This document shows positions 53,912-63,731 of a DNA stretch of 64,000 nucleotides, in pieces. Both the position numbers and the translations under genes were made by a program. The stretch spans positions 1,346-65,345 of the forward strand of contig JBGSYX010000088.1 of the NCBI GenBank assembly GCA_041750735.1. The letters are read 5' to 3'. Source of the DNA: Cyclobacteriaceae bacterium (GTDB lineage Bacteria > Bacteroidota > Bacteroidia > Cytophagales > Cyclobacteriaceae). The number at the start of each line of letters is the position of its first letter. Within the stretch, counting starts at the first letter, position 1. Under the pieces are notes generated by a model that had not been told where the DNA came from, ran no database searches, and worked only from the letters and a program-made list of their open reading frames with translations.

Positions 53912-56104
53912 ATGAAGAATTTCTATCCCTATGTTTTCATTTTACTTTTTAGTCTCTCTCTGCACGCCCAGGATACCAAAAAATTGACGCTCGAGGATAT
54001 TTTCCAGAATAATACCTTCCGGATGAACAGTGTGCGCGAATTCAATTGGATGAACGATGGGAATTATTATACAGCGCTGGTTAAAAACAAAAAAACCTCC
54101 GCAAGCGATATATTGAAATACACCACTACAAGCGGTGAGGTAGCGGATACGTTAGTGCATGGCAAACGGTTGATTCCGCCAGGAAAAGATGGGGCCATCG
54201 CCATTGAATCATACGAATTTTCAGCCGACGAAAGTAAAATTCTGATCACTACAGAAAGCGCATCAATATACCGGAGATCCTCTGCAGAAACCTATTATAT
54301 CCTGGATCGTACCACCAACAAACTCACTGTACTCGATCATGGCAATAAGCTTTCGAATGGTACTTTTTCACCTGATGGCTCTAAAGTAGCTTTCACACGG
54401 GATAACAACCTGTATTATCAGAACCTGAATACCGGCGAAGTGATCCCTGTGACACGCGATGGAAAATTTAATGAAATCATTAATGGATCCAGCGATTGGG
54501 TTTACGAGGAGGAATTTTCTTTGACAAAGGCTTTTAGCTGGTCATTTGATGGCTCCATGCTTGCTTATCTTCGGTTCGATGAATCACAGGTACCCATATA
54601 CCATTTGCAAAAATGGAACGGCCTGTATCCGGAAGATTACCAATACAAATACCCCAAAGCAGGTGAAAACAATTCTGTCGTTTCGGCCCATGTCTATTCC
54701 CTTACCGATCAAAAAACCGTGACTGTGAATACCGGTGAAGACAAGGAACAATACCTGGCCAGAATCCAGTGGCTTCCGTCAAATCATACTTTGTCGCTAA
54801 TTCGAATTAACAGGCTACAAAATCACCTGGATATCCTTCACTATAATTCCTCTGATGCCACCATTTCCATTGCGTATTCGGAGGATTCGCAAACATACAT
54901 CGACCTGGTGGAGAACGATTATCTCACCTACCTATCCGATGGTAAATCATTTATCCTGTCAAGTGAAAAATCGGGTTTTAAGCATCTTTACCACTATACG
55001 ACTGAAGGGAAGCTGATAACGCAACTCACCTCTGGTAACTGGCCTGTTACTGTTTTTTGTGGTGTGGATGAATCGGCAAAGCGCGTTTATTTTATGTCGG
55101 CAAAAATTTCACCTACTGAAAACCACCTCTATTTCTGTGATCTTAAAGGCAAACGGATGGAACAACTCTCCTCCCTTCCTGGCACACATACCGCTTCTTT
55201 CAGCAATGATTTTAAATTCTATATGAGTACCCATAGCAACGTGGACTCGCCACCAAAAACTACACTCAACCAATCATCCGGCAAGCTCATCAAAGTACTC
55301 GCAGAGAATGAAACTTACCATGATCTTACCAAAAGTTATGGATTCGCCACCACGGAGTTTTTCAAAATTTCGCTTCCTGAACAGGTGGAGCTAAATGCTT
55401 TCATGATGAAGCCACAAGATTTTGACCCTTCAATGAAATACCCGGTTCTCATGTTTGTATATGGTGGTCCCGGATCGCAAAATGTACTAAACCGATGGAA
55501 CAGCAACATGTGGCACCGCTACCTTACCCAGCACGGATATATCGTGGTCTGTGTCGACAACCGGGGCACAGGTGGCCGTGGGCGCGACTTTGAACATAGC
55601 ACCTATAAAAATTTAGGGAAGGTCGAAAGTGCTGACCAAACCGCGAGCGCCAAAATAATTGCCAAATATCCATATGTTGATAGCACTCGCATTGGCATTT
55701 GGGGCTGGAGTTACGGCGGATACATGTCGTCGCTGTGCCTCTTTACCGGGAGCGATATTTTCAAAGCTGCTATTGCTGTGGCGCCAGTGACGAACTGGAA
55801 ATTTTACGATTCTATCTATACCGAGAGGTATCTTCAAAAGCCCCAGGACAATAGGCAGGGCTATGAAGATTATTCACCGGTGACTCATGCGGCAAAGCTC
55901 CAGGGCAATTTTCTATTGATTCATGGTACAGGTGATGATAATGTCCATTTTCAGAATGCTATTGAATTGCAAAATGCGCTCATTGCTGCCAATAAACAGT
56001 TTTTATCATTTTACTACCCGGATCGCGATCACGGAATTTATGGAGGCAACACACGCTTGCATCTTTATGAGATGATGTCCAACTTTATCTTTGAAAAGCT
56101 GTAA
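53912..56104 (+). CDS. Dipeptidyl-peptidase IV (S9B prolyl oligopeptidase family), secreted
   Basis: The 730-aa product has a signal peptide, a beta-propeller half (DWVYEEEF), the catalytic motif GWSYGGY and the motifs GTGDDNVHF and DHGI. Confidence 0.9.
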   Translation: MKNFYPYVFILLFSLSLHAQDTKKLTLEDIFQNNTFRMNSVREFNWMNDGNYYTALVKNKKTSASDILKYTTTSGEVADTLVHGKRLIPPGKDGAIAIESYEFSADESKILITTESASIYRRSSAETYYILDRTTNKLTVLDHGNKLSNGTFSPDGSKVAFTRDNNLYYQNLNTGEVIPVTRDGKFNEIINGSSDWVYEEEFSLTKAFSWSFDGSMLAYLRFDESQVPIYHLQKWNGLYPEDYQYKYPKAGENNSVVSAHVYSLTDQKTVTVNTGEDKEQYLARIQWLPSNHTLSLIRINRLQNHLDILHYNSSDATISIAYSEDSQTYIDLVENDYLTYLSDGKSFILSSEKSGFKHLYHYTTEGKLITQLTSGNWPVTVFCGVDESAKRVYFMSAKISPTENHLYFCDLKGKRMEQLSSLPGTHTASFSNDFKFYMSTHSNVDSPPKTTLNQSSGKLIKVLAENETYHDLTKSYGFATTEFFKISLPEQVELNAFMMKPQDFDPSMKYPVLMFVYGGPGSQNVLNRWNSNMWHRYLTQHGYIVVCVDNRGTGGRGRDFEHSTYKNLGKVESADQTASAKIIAKYPYVDSTRIGIWGWSYGGYMSSLCLFTGSDIFKAAIAVAPVTNWKFYDSIYTERYLQKPQDNRQGYEDYSPVTHAAKLQGNFLLIHGTGDDNVHFQNAIELQNALIAANKQFLSFYYPDRDHGIYGGNTRLHLYEMMSNFIFEKL

Positions 56105-56253
56105 AAAGAAATTATTTTTAGGTAGAGTACTTTTGTAAGTATTCACCGAGAAAGCGTACTTTTAAAATCTATTTTGATGGAATTATCCTTTATCTTGGCA
56201 GAAAATTTAATTTTAAAATATTATAGCTCAAGTTGTTAATAATCTTAGCCTAG

Positions 56254-56271
56254 AAAATACTTAAAATACTT
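56254..56271 (+). repeat. Perfect tandem 9-mer AAAATACTT x2 ending 4 nt before the start codon at 56276
   Basis: Read directly from the sequence. Two further TACTT words lie at 56128 (inside a TACTTTTG box) and 56157. Confidence 0.85.
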
Positions 56272-56275
56272 TATT

Positions 56276-57016
56276 ATGAACGCATATCTTTATCTCGAAA
56301 CCTGGAATAAATGGGGTCGAATCGTTGCTTATGGGCTTGTTGTGATCGCGGCAATCATTCTTATTTTTCATTTCCTTAGCCTTCTTTCAAAAAGGGATTT
56401 CAAGAAGCGCTACGACTTTATTAACAGGCATGAAATAAATAACCTGTGGTATGCCTCCGTGGTGTTGTTATTTGCCATTGGTATTTATATAAATACCCTG
56501 GTTCAGGAAGGTGAACTGGTGTGGGTACTAGTAAGATTGTTCGTGACTGTGATGATGGCTCTTATCGTAGGTGTAATAATTTCAAATATTCTTAAATTTT
56601 ACTATCCGTTTTACGTGGAAAAAAGACTTAAACGACTTCGCTTTACGCCAAGAGTATCGCCAAAAACGGGTAAGGCTATGAAGCTTCTCAGCGAGGACGA
56701 AGAAGATGTTTATTTGGACGAAGGTATGCAGGCTGAAGAAAATGTATTCTCTGTGGACTACGATGTGTGGATCGATGAAGAAACAGGATATACAAAAATT
56801 GAAAAGTATGCAGGCCACCTTATCGCGCTGCAGTGTCCTGAGTGCAATTACCAGACATTGAAAGTGGTTAAAGAAGAAATTCTAGAGTCGCCGACTGAAA
56901 ATGAAGAAGGCGAACTGATGAAGTTTTACAAATGCGACTATTGCGGATACAAGGAAAGAAAAGCCTTCCGGATTGCTCGCCTGAAAAGCCGGGGCACAGA
57001 AGCCTCTATAGCGTAA
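56276..57016 (+). CDS. Hypothetical membrane protein with a cytoplasmic CxxC...CxxC zinc-ribbon
   Basis: The 246-aa product has three N-terminal TM helices and an acidic linker. These are followed by LQCPECNYQTLKV...YKCDYCGYKERK. Confidence 0.55.
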   Translation: MNAYLYLETWNKWGRIVAYGLVVIAAIILIFHFLSLLSKRDFKKRYDFINRHEINNLWYASVVLLFAIGIYINTLVQEGELVWVLVRLFVTVMMALIVGVIISNILKFYYPFYVEKRLKRLRFTPRVSPKTGKAMKLLSEDEEDVYLDEGMQAEENVFSVDYDVWIDEETGYTKIEKYAGHLIALQCPECNYQTLKVVKEEILESPTENEEGELMKFYKCDYCGYKERKAFRIARLKSRGTEASIA

Positions 57017-57036
57017 CTACATCGTATATTATAAAT

Positions 57037-57067
57037 GAAAAATGCCGGCTTAGGGCCGGCATTTTTC
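57037..57067. terminator. Bidirectional intrinsic terminator between convergent genes
   Basis: A perfect 12-bp stem (GAAAAATGCCGG paired with CCGGCATTTTTC) encloses a 7-nt loop. The A/T runs are part of the stem, giving U-tracts on both strands. Confidence 0.85.
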
Positions 57068-57069
57068 AT

Positions 57070-57948
57070 TTAGATTAGGTTCAGTACCTGTTCCTTTATT
57101 TTCTCCAGTTCCTCCTTCATGTTCACTACCACTTTTTGCATGGCAGCATCATTGGACTTCGAACCGATCGTATTGATTTCCCTTCCAATTTCCTGTGCCA
57201 GGAAATTCATCTTTTTACCCATGGATACTTTTGCGTCGAGGATTTCACGGAAATAATTGAGGTGGCTATCCAGACGCACCAACTCTTCTTTTATATCCAG
57301 TTTTTCAATATAATATATGAGTTCCTGCTCTAATCGATTCACATCAATTTCTTCCTTCTGAACAAATTCCTTGAGATTTCCGGCAATCCGGGTGCGTACT
57401 CGTTCAATTCTCATAGGATCCAACTCCCTTACCTGCACAAGCAAATCAGCTATGGTATTGAGATATTGGCTGAGGTTTTCTGTGAGGACTTTTCCTTCCT
57501 TCATCCTGAATTGGTCGCAAAGTGCGATGGCCTGTTCAAGTACCGGTTGAATTACCTGCCATTCCTTTTCACGGTTCAGGTCATCATCGAGTGTTTCTAC
57601 AACTTCCGGAAACTGAATGGCAAGCCTGAACAAATCTTCACTCTTTGATCCGATACTATCCGACAATGACTTTAGTGTAGTGTAGTAATCCCTAAATAAC
57701 TGTTCATTGATCCTGATTTTTGTAAACGCCTCACCCTTATGGCTAAAGTCCAGTGTAAGACTTATTTTTCCCCGCTCCAGCCGCTCACTGATCATATTGC
57801 GCACCGGAATTTCTTTATCATTAAATGCCCTCGGCATCCTGATATTCACATCAAGAAACTTGGAATTAAGCGATTTCACTTCCACTTGTACGGTGTGCAA
57901 CTCGTCTTCAAAACGGGCTTGCCCATACCCTGTCATAGATTTATTCAT
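57070..57948 (-). CDS. yicC: YicC-family stress-induced protein
   Basis: The 292-aa product has the N-terminus MTGYG..VEVKSLNSKFLD and the C-terminal DUF1732-like segment REINTIGSKSND. Confidence 0.88.
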   Translation of the reverse strand: MNKSMTGYGQARFEDELHTVQVEVKSLNSKFLDVNIRMPRAFNDKEIPVRNMISERLERGKISLTLDFSHKGEAFTKIRINEQLFRDYYTTLKSLSDSIGSKSEDLFRLAIQFPEVVETLDDDLNREKEWQVIQPVLEQAIALCDQFRMKEGKVLTENLSQYLNTIADLLVQVRELDPMRIERVRTRIAGNLKEFVQKEEIDVNRLEQELIYYIEKLDIKEELVRLDSHLNYFREILDAKVSMGKKMNFLAQEIGREINTIGSKSNDAAMQKVVVNMKEELEKIKEQVLNLI

Positions 57949-57953
57949 AAAAA

Positions 57954-58673
57954 TCAGTTCAATACTAAAAGCTTCTTATACATCTGAATGGTATTATGCA
58001 TGCCGTAATAAAGGGCATCGCTAATCAAGGCGTGACCAATGGATACTTCATCGAGAAAAGGAATTCTTTCCTTCAGGTAATGCAGGTTTTCCAGGTTGAG
58101 ATCATGACCGGCGTTTATTCCAAGACCAAGCCCCTTTGCCAGATTGGCTGCGTTGACGAAATCATCGATGGCTTTTTCGCGGTTTTTGGAATAATTTGCC
58201 GCGTAAGGCTCGGTGTACAATTCTATTCTATCGGCACCGGTCTGTTTTGCTCCCAGGATAATTTCCGTTATTGGCTCCACAAATACTGAAACCCTGATGT
58301 GCGAATTATGAAGTCTTGTGATCACTTTTTTTAAAAATTCTTCATGGTTCACAGTATCCCATCCGGCATTGGAAGTGATGGCCTCTGGAGGATCGGGAAC
58401 CAGCGTGGCTTGATGGGGCCTGACCCGTTCTACAAGTTCGAGGTATCGTTCATCCGGATAACCTTCGATGTTAAATTCAGTAGTGACAACCTTCTTCAAC
58501 TCAAGAACATCACTGTAGCGGATATGCCGCTCATCCGGTCGCGGGTGGACGGTAATTCCTTCGGCTCCGAATTTTTCACAATCAATGGCCATTTTCACCA
58601 CATCGGGAATATGACCTCCCCTGGCATTCCTCAGCGTTGCGATCTTGTTAATATTTACACTAAGTCGGGTCAT
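57954..58673 (-). CDS. pdxJ: Pyridoxine 5'-phosphate synthase
   Basis: The product starts [20 protein letters not shown] and contains the motifs [16 protein letters not shown] and NAGHDLN. The ORF track extends 6 codons further to 58691. Confidence 0.92.
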   Translation of the reverse strand: MTRLSVNINKIATLRNARGGHIPDVVKMAIDCEKFGAEGITVHPRPDERHIRYSDVLELKKVVTTEFNIEGYPDERYLELVERVRPHQATLVPDPPEAITSNAGWDTVNHEEFLKKVITRLHNSHIRVSVFVEPITEIILGAKQTGADRIELYTEPYAANYSKNREKAIDDFVNAANLAKGLGLGINAGHDLNLENLHYLKERIPFLDEVSIGHALISDALYYGMHNTIQMYKKLLVLN

Positions 58674-58691
58674 TCCTGCATGAATTTTCAA

Positions 58692-58699
58692 TAACTTTG
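58692..58699 (+). promoter_or_regulatory. Candidate -7 promoter box TAACTTTG for the yqeY-cvpA-pabA group
   Basis: This matches TAnnTTTG and ends 22 nt upstream of the ATG at 58722. Confidence 0.45.
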
Positions 58700-58721
58700 C
58701 GGCAAGATAAGGATATTAATC

Positions 58722-59171
58722 ATGAGTTTAAAAGAACAAATAGAGGCTGATTTGAAAAAGGCTATGCTTGAAAAAAACAAAGATGACCTACGGGCTCTTC
58801 GTGCTATCAAATCCATGATCCTTCTGGCACAGACTGAAAAGGGTGCAGCTACTGAACTAAACGCTGAAGCAGAAGTAAAAATTCTTCAGAAGGCTGTGAA
58901 GCAGCGCATGGATAGTATTGCGATTTTTCGCCAGCAAAACCGAAACGATCTCGCTGACGCAGAACAGGCAGAAGTAGAGGTAATCAACCGGTATCTGCCT
59001 GCACAACTTTCAGAAGCTCAGCTTACCGAAATGATACAAAATATCGTGGCCCGTGTTGGCGCTACCTCCATAAAAGATATGGGCAAAGTGATGGGTATTG
59101 CCAGTAAAGAACTCGCAGGAAGCGCAGACGGAAAAGCGATCTCCGAAATTGTGAAAAAACTCCTTGCATAG
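58722..59171 (+). CDS. GatB/YqeY domain-containing protein
   Basis: The 149-aa product has the pattern LKEQIEADLKKAMLEKNKDDLRALRAIKS...VKQRMDSI typical of YqeY. Confidence 0.85.
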   Translation: MSLKEQIEADLKKAMLEKNKDDLRALRAIKSMILLAQTEKGAATELNAEAEVKILQKAVKQRMDSIAIFRQQNRNDLADAEQAEVEVINRYLPAQLSEAQLTEMIQNIVARVGATSIKDMGKVMGIASKELAGSADGKAISEIVKKLLA

Positions 59172-59175
59172 GGCG

Positions 59176-59709
59176 GTGAATATTCCGGATATCATCATTG
59201 CAATTTTTCTCATCATCGGAGCCTATAATGGCTACAAGAGGGGATTTATCATTGAGCTAATCGGTATCGTTGCTTTTATACTTGCCATTATTGGAGGCCT
59301 GAAATTACTCCATATTGGAATGGAAAGCCTGGCCAAGGTTTGGGATGGTTTTGGCGCTTTTCTTCCATTTGCAGCCTTTCTCTTTATCTTCGTCGTTATC
59401 ATCATCCTTGTAAACCTGGTCGGAAAAGTCCTTAAAAAATCCATCGATTGGACCCCTCTCGGTGTTGTGGATAATTTTGCTGGCGCCTTCATTGGCCTGG
59501 TTAAAATGGCCATCGCATTTGGTATCATGATCTGGGTGATCAATATTCTTGAAATCCATGTAATTCAAGAGTCATTTCACGATTCTAAAATTATTCCATT
59601 GATCAATGATACCCTTTTTGGTATTAAGAATTTCATTGCCACCATATTTCCTTCCATTGACACTTTTATCGATACCATACGCGATTTGCTTAAAAGCTTT
59701 ATCTCTTGA
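59176..59709 (+). CDS. cvpA: CvpA-family membrane protein
   Basis: The product has four TM helices and the N-terminus (M)NIPDIIIAIFLIIGAYNGYKRGF. I prefer the GTG at 59176. The ORF-track TTG at 59164 overlaps yqeY. Confidence 0.75.
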   Translation: MNIPDIIIAIFLIIGAYNGYKRGFIIELIGIVAFILAIIGGLKLLHIGMESLAKVWDGFGAFLPFAAFLFIFVVIIILVNLVGKVLKKSIDWTPLGVVDNFAGAFIGLVKMAIAFGIMIWVINILEIHVIQESFHDSKIIPLINDTLFGIKNFIATIFPSIDTFIDTIRDLLKSFIS

Positions 59710-60272
59710 TTTTGTTGGTCGACAATTTCGATTCCTTTACCTATAATCTTGCCGACTATCTTGCACAGCTTCAGCTCAATGTCTCTGTAAAAAGAAATTT
59801 GGCCCCCGATGACGAGCTCTTTTCCGAAGAATATGATGCAGTTGTTTTATCCCCCGGGCCCGGTGTTCCGGAACGTTCGGGAAAACTATTGCAAATCATT
59901 GATTATTACTCTGGGAAAAAGCCGATTCTCGGTATTTGTCTGGGGCATCAGGCAATTGCGGTCCATTTTCTGGGTGTTACGGCAAAATCTAAAAAGCCTA
60001 TGCATGGAAAAACTTCCATAGTTCACCATGACGGCGATGCGCTTTTCCATAACATTCCGAAGTCGTTTCGTGTTGTTCGGTATCATTCATTGATTTGTCA
60101 GCATTTACCGGAGCAATTGGAAGTAATAGCTAAAACAGATGATGAAATCATGGCTTTCCGGCATAAAAACCTCCCTGTATATGGTATGCAATTCCATCCA
60201 GAGGCTTATCTGACCGACTTTGGACTGAACATTTTGAATAACTGGAAAAATATATGTCTCGGTCAAAATTGA
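59706..60272 (+). CDS. Glutamine amidotransferase component II of aminodeoxychorismate/anthranilate synthase
   Basis: The 188-aa product has the motifs LLVDNFDSFTYNL, GICLGHQ and QFHPE. It has a TTG start overlapping the cvpA stop. Confidence 0.88.
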   Translation: MILLVDNFDSFTYNLADYLAQLQLNVSVKRNLAPDDELFSEEYDAVVLSPGPGVPERSGKLLQIIDYYSGKKPILGICLGHQAIAVHFLGVTAKSKKPMHGKTSIVHHDGDALFHNIPKSFRVVRYHSLICQHLPEQLEVIAKTDDEIMAFRHKNLPVYGMQFHPEAYLTDFGLNILNNWKNICLGQN

Positions 60273-60319
60273 ATTATACAACAAATAAGACTATTTTTCC
60301 CACAAAACCTTGATTCACT

Positions 60320-61087
60320 ATGCCATATAGCCTGCATCAACAAGGCAAATTCAAATTTATTGAGGAGGGTTCCGGGCCAAATCTCGTGCTTCTTCACGGG
60401 CTTTTTGGCGCCTTGAGTAATTGGGATACCGTAATCGATGAATTCAAGGATCGTTTCCGGATCACCATTCCAATGCTCCCGATTTACGATATGCCTTTTC
60501 GAAAGGTAGGCCTCGATGCCTTAGTAGAACATCTGGAAGAATTTATCGAACTAAAAAACCTGCGTCACCTGAACCTCATGGGCAATTCGCTTGGCGGTCA
60601 TGTGGCTCTTATCTATACCTTAAAGCACCAGGAAAATGTGTCGAAACTTGTTCTTACGGGTAGCTCAGGATTGTTTGAAAATTCCATGGGGGGTTCCTTT
60701 CCGAAAAGAGGGAGCTATGAATATGTGAAAGAACGCGCTGAACATACTTTCTACGATCCGAAAAGTATTACCGAAGAATATATAGAAGATATTTTTGAAA
60801 CTACCAAAAGTATCCCGAAATGTCTGAATATTGTGGCTATTGCCAAATCGGCTCAAAGACACAATTTGGCCAATGAACTGCCGCTGATTAAAGTGCCAAC
60901 CTTGTTGGTTTGGGGTTTGAATGATACCATCACCCCCGCTATGGTGGCGCATGATTTCAACCGTTTATTACCGAATTCCAAATTGAAGTTTCTCGATAAA
61001 TGTTGCCATGCTCCCATGATGGAGCAGTCGGAAAAATTCAACAAATTACTGAGTGGTTTCCTTACTGAACAACCTGTAACCGGATGA
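60320..61087 (+). CDS. Alpha/beta-fold hydrolase
   Basis: The 255-aa product has the motif LLHGLFG, a nucleophile elbow (GNSLGG) and a C-terminal CHAPMMEQ. Confidence 0.8.
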   Translation: MPYSLHQQGKFKFIEEGSGPNLVLLHGLFGALSNWDTVIDEFKDRFRITIPMLPIYDMPFRKVGLDALVEHLEEFIELKNLRHLNLMGNSLGGHVALIYTLKHQENVSKLVLTGSSGLFENSMGGSFPKRGSYEYVKERAEHTFYDPKSITEEYIEDIFETTKSIPKCLNIVAIAKSAQRHNLANELPLIKVPTLLVWGLNDTITPAMVAHDFNRLLPNSKLKFLDKCCHAPMMEQSEKFNKLLSGFLTEQPVTG

Positions 61088-61749
61088 TTGCCGAAGAACT
61101 GATAAATCAAATGATCCCTGCCCTGAAACTGACCGACTCAGCAGAGAAGGCGATTATCTGGATGGAGGAGTTGAAAACCAATCAGCTTCCGGTCATAGAA
61201 AACCGCAAATTCAAAGGGTTAATCTCCGAAGACATCATTCTCGAAGGCAACGACCTCAACAGGAAAATAGCAGAATTCAAGTTGATCTGTGAAAATTGCT
61301 ACGTGAACGAGGGCCAGCATCTCCTGGATATTATCCGGCTTTCGAAGGAATGCAATTCCGATCTGGTGGCCATAATAGATGAAGATGGTGAATACATGGG
61401 AGTATCCAGTCATCTGGATACGCTCCGCGCATTTGCCAAAACACTAGTAATCCAGGGACACGGAGGAATCCTCGTGCTGGAAACAAGACTAATCGATTAC
61501 TCGATGATAGAGATTAGCAGGCTTGTTGAATCGGACAACGCCAAGATTCTTGGATTTTATCTTAGCCAGGATACCTACGACGCTGAAATCATGCACCTCA
61601 CCCTAAAAATCAACAAAGAAGATCTGACAACCGTTATTGCCACCCTTGAACGATTCGGCCATAAAATAGTGGCGAAATTCCATAATAGCTCCAACATGTC
61701 CACAGAAAGGGAGCGATTGGACAACCTTCTGAATTTTTTAAGTATTTAA
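61084..61749 (+). CDS. CBS domain-containing protein
   Basis: The 221-aa product has an N-terminal CBS-pair-like pattern (LPVIENRKFKGLISEDIIL...VAIIDEDGEYMGVSS). It overlaps the upstream gene by 4 nt (ATGA). Confidence 0.55.
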   Translation: MIAEELINQMIPALKLTDSAEKAIIWMEELKTNQLPVIENRKFKGLISEDIILEGNDLNRKIAEFKLICENCYVNEGQHLLDIIRLSKECNSDLVAIIDEDGEYMGVSSHLDTLRAFAKTLVIQGHGGILVLETRLIDYSMIEISRLVESDNAKILGFYLSQDTYDAEIMHLTLKINKEDLTTVIATLERFGHKIVAKFHNSSNMSTERERLDNLLNFLSI

Positions 61750-61792
61750 TTCTACCTCTATTTCCTATCTTCGACAAATAAAATCTTTTGTA

Positions 61793-62668
61793 ATGAAGGT
61801 TGCTGTCCACGGAAATATACTCAATCAAAATACCCGACCTATTATCGAGGACATCCTCAGCCTCCTTGAAAAATCAGGCCATTCATATTTTCTTTCATCC
61901 AAATTTGCCGATCAGGCATTGAAGCATGGTATTGATCTGGAAAAAGGGAATATTTATATGCCCGGTAGTTCATTTGCCGATTATGACTTTGTGATCAGCA
62001 TCGGCGGCGACGGTACACTCTTGGAAACGGTCATGCAGGTTGGAGTCTCAGAAAAGCCAATACTCGGCGTAAATACGGGCAGACTGGGATTCCTCGCTAC
62101 GGTAAGCAAGGATATGGTAGGCGAAGCATTGGCTAGCATAGATCAGGGTAACTATGAAATTGATACCAGAGCTTTATTGAGAATTGAAACTGAGGAAGAC
62201 CTTTTTCAAGGCAAAAATTTTTGTCTCAATGAAGTCACCGTATTGAAACAAGACACTGCATCCATGATCACTGTTCATGCTTCCATCAATGGAGAATTTC
62301 TGAATTCATACTGGGCCGACGGTCTCATTATCTCTACACCTACTGGTTCCACGGGTTATTCGCTCAGTTGTGGCGGCCCCGTAGTGATGCCGCACTCGAA
62401 CAATCTCATCCTTACGCCGGTAAGTCCGCACAACCTGAACGTCCGGCCGCTTATAGTCTCGGATGCCTGTGTTATTACTCTGCAAGTAGAAAGCCGCAGC
62501 AATTACTTCATGGTATCACTTGATTCCCGCTCGAGTATAGTGCCGACAGGTACGCGGCTCGAAGTGAAGCGTGAAAATTTCATGGCTAAACTTATAAAAC
62601 CGGATGGGTATAGCTTTGTAAAAACCCTCCGCACCAAATTGAACTGGGGTCTTGATGCCAGAAATTGA
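61793..62668 (+). CDS. nadK: NAD kinase
   Basis: The 291-aa product has the motifs GGDGTLL, NTGRLGFL and STPTGSTGYSLSCGGP. Confidence 0.93.
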   Translation: MKVAVHGNILNQNTRPIIEDILSLLEKSGHSYFLSSKFADQALKHGIDLEKGNIYMPGSSFADYDFVISIGGDGTLLETVMQVGVSEKPILGVNTGRLGFLATVSKDMVGEALASIDQGNYEIDTRALLRIETEEDLFQGKNFCLNEVTVLKQDTASMITVHASINGEFLNSYWADGLIISTPTGSTGYSLSCGGPVVMPHSNNLILTPVSPHNLNVRPLIVSDACVITLQVESRSNYFMVSLDSRSSIVPTGTRLEVKRENFMAKLIKPDGYSFVKTLRTKLNWGLDARN

Positions 62669-62674
62669 TAAAAG

Positions 62675-63730
62675 ATGAGGTGGAAAATTTTTATACCGTT
62701 TGTTTTATTTCTCACACTAGCGCCTGCGCTGCTGTTTGGTCAAAATGATGGGCCACAGCAGAAACCCGGCTACAGTGCCAAAATGGAGAACTTTCGGGTT
62801 AAAAAGAAGGACTTCAAACGGCTGCGCTACGTGTCTGCCGGAGGGGGTATCAGCCTGCTGACTTATTATGGCGATTTGGCGCCTGCAGAAAATTTTCTCA
62901 GTACGGACATCAGCCAAATAAAACCTGGAATCAGCGGATTTATACAGTACCATTATGGTCCTCGTATGAGCATTAGGGCAGAATTGCTTTATGGCCGCCT
63001 CACGGGTGACGACTTTACTTCGGCTGATCCAAATGATCCGCTTGCGCAAAGCAGGTATATCCGCAACCTGAGTTTTCGCAATGATATCCTGGATTTTTCA
63101 GTATGCCCGCGGATCTACATATTTAAAAATTATCTGGATTACAGGGAAAGAAAGTTCTTCAATATCTATTTCAATGCCGGTATCAGTGTATTTTACCATA
63201 ATCCAAAAGGCAAAGTACCGGATTTTAAACCCAACGGCGAGCGCTACCCCAATGTAGGTGAATGGGTGGCCTTGAGGCCGCTGGGCACGGAGGGTCAGCA
63301 TAGTGAACATTACGAACTGAAACCTTATAGCAGCATTCAGTTTTCCATTCCTTTCGGAGGTGGATTTGCATTTAAACTCAATGAAAGACTTGACTTGTTT
63401 TTTGAAGTGAATTACCGCTTGCTACTCACCGACTATATTGATGATGTGAGTGGAAAATATGTAGATCTTGGCGCCCTGTCCGAAGACATGGCAAAATCGA
63501 TGTCAGACCGGTCACAGGAACAGTACTCCATCATGTCTGGTCAAGAACGCGATAAAGAACTGATCCTCGCTAATACAGAAACTATAACATACGTTTCAAA
63601 ATATGATGGCAACAGATATACGGTGTTTCAAGGATATGGCCAGGATGGCGGCGCCAGAGGTGGTTCAGCAAACGACACGTTTTTGATGTCTGGTTTTAAA
63701 ATTTCGTATATTCTCAACAAAATTAAATGA
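62675..63730 (+). CDS. Outer-membrane beta-barrel-like protein (DUF6089-like)
   Basis: The 351-aa product has a signal peptide, the segment YVSAGGGISLLTYYGDL, alternating aromatic beta-strand patterns and a C-terminal aromatic-rich strand. The family name is from memory only. Confidence 0.55.
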   Translation: MRWKIFIPFVLFLTLAPALLFGQNDGPQQKPGYSAKMENFRVKKKDFKRLRYVSAGGGISLLTYYGDLAPAENFLSTDISQIKPGISGFIQYHYGPRMSIRAELLYGRLTGDDFTSADPNDPLAQSRYIRNLSFRNDILDFSVCPRIYIFKNYLDYRERKFFNIYFNAGISVFYHNPKGKVPDFKPNGERYPNVGEWVALRPLGTEGQHSEHYELKPYSSIQFSIPFGGGFAFKLNERLDLFFEVNYRLLLTDYIDDVSGKYVDLGALSEDMAKSMSDRSQEQYSIMSGQERDKELILANTETITYVSKYDGNRYTVFQGYGQDGGARGGSANDTFLMSGFKISYILNKIK

Positions 63731-63731
63731 T

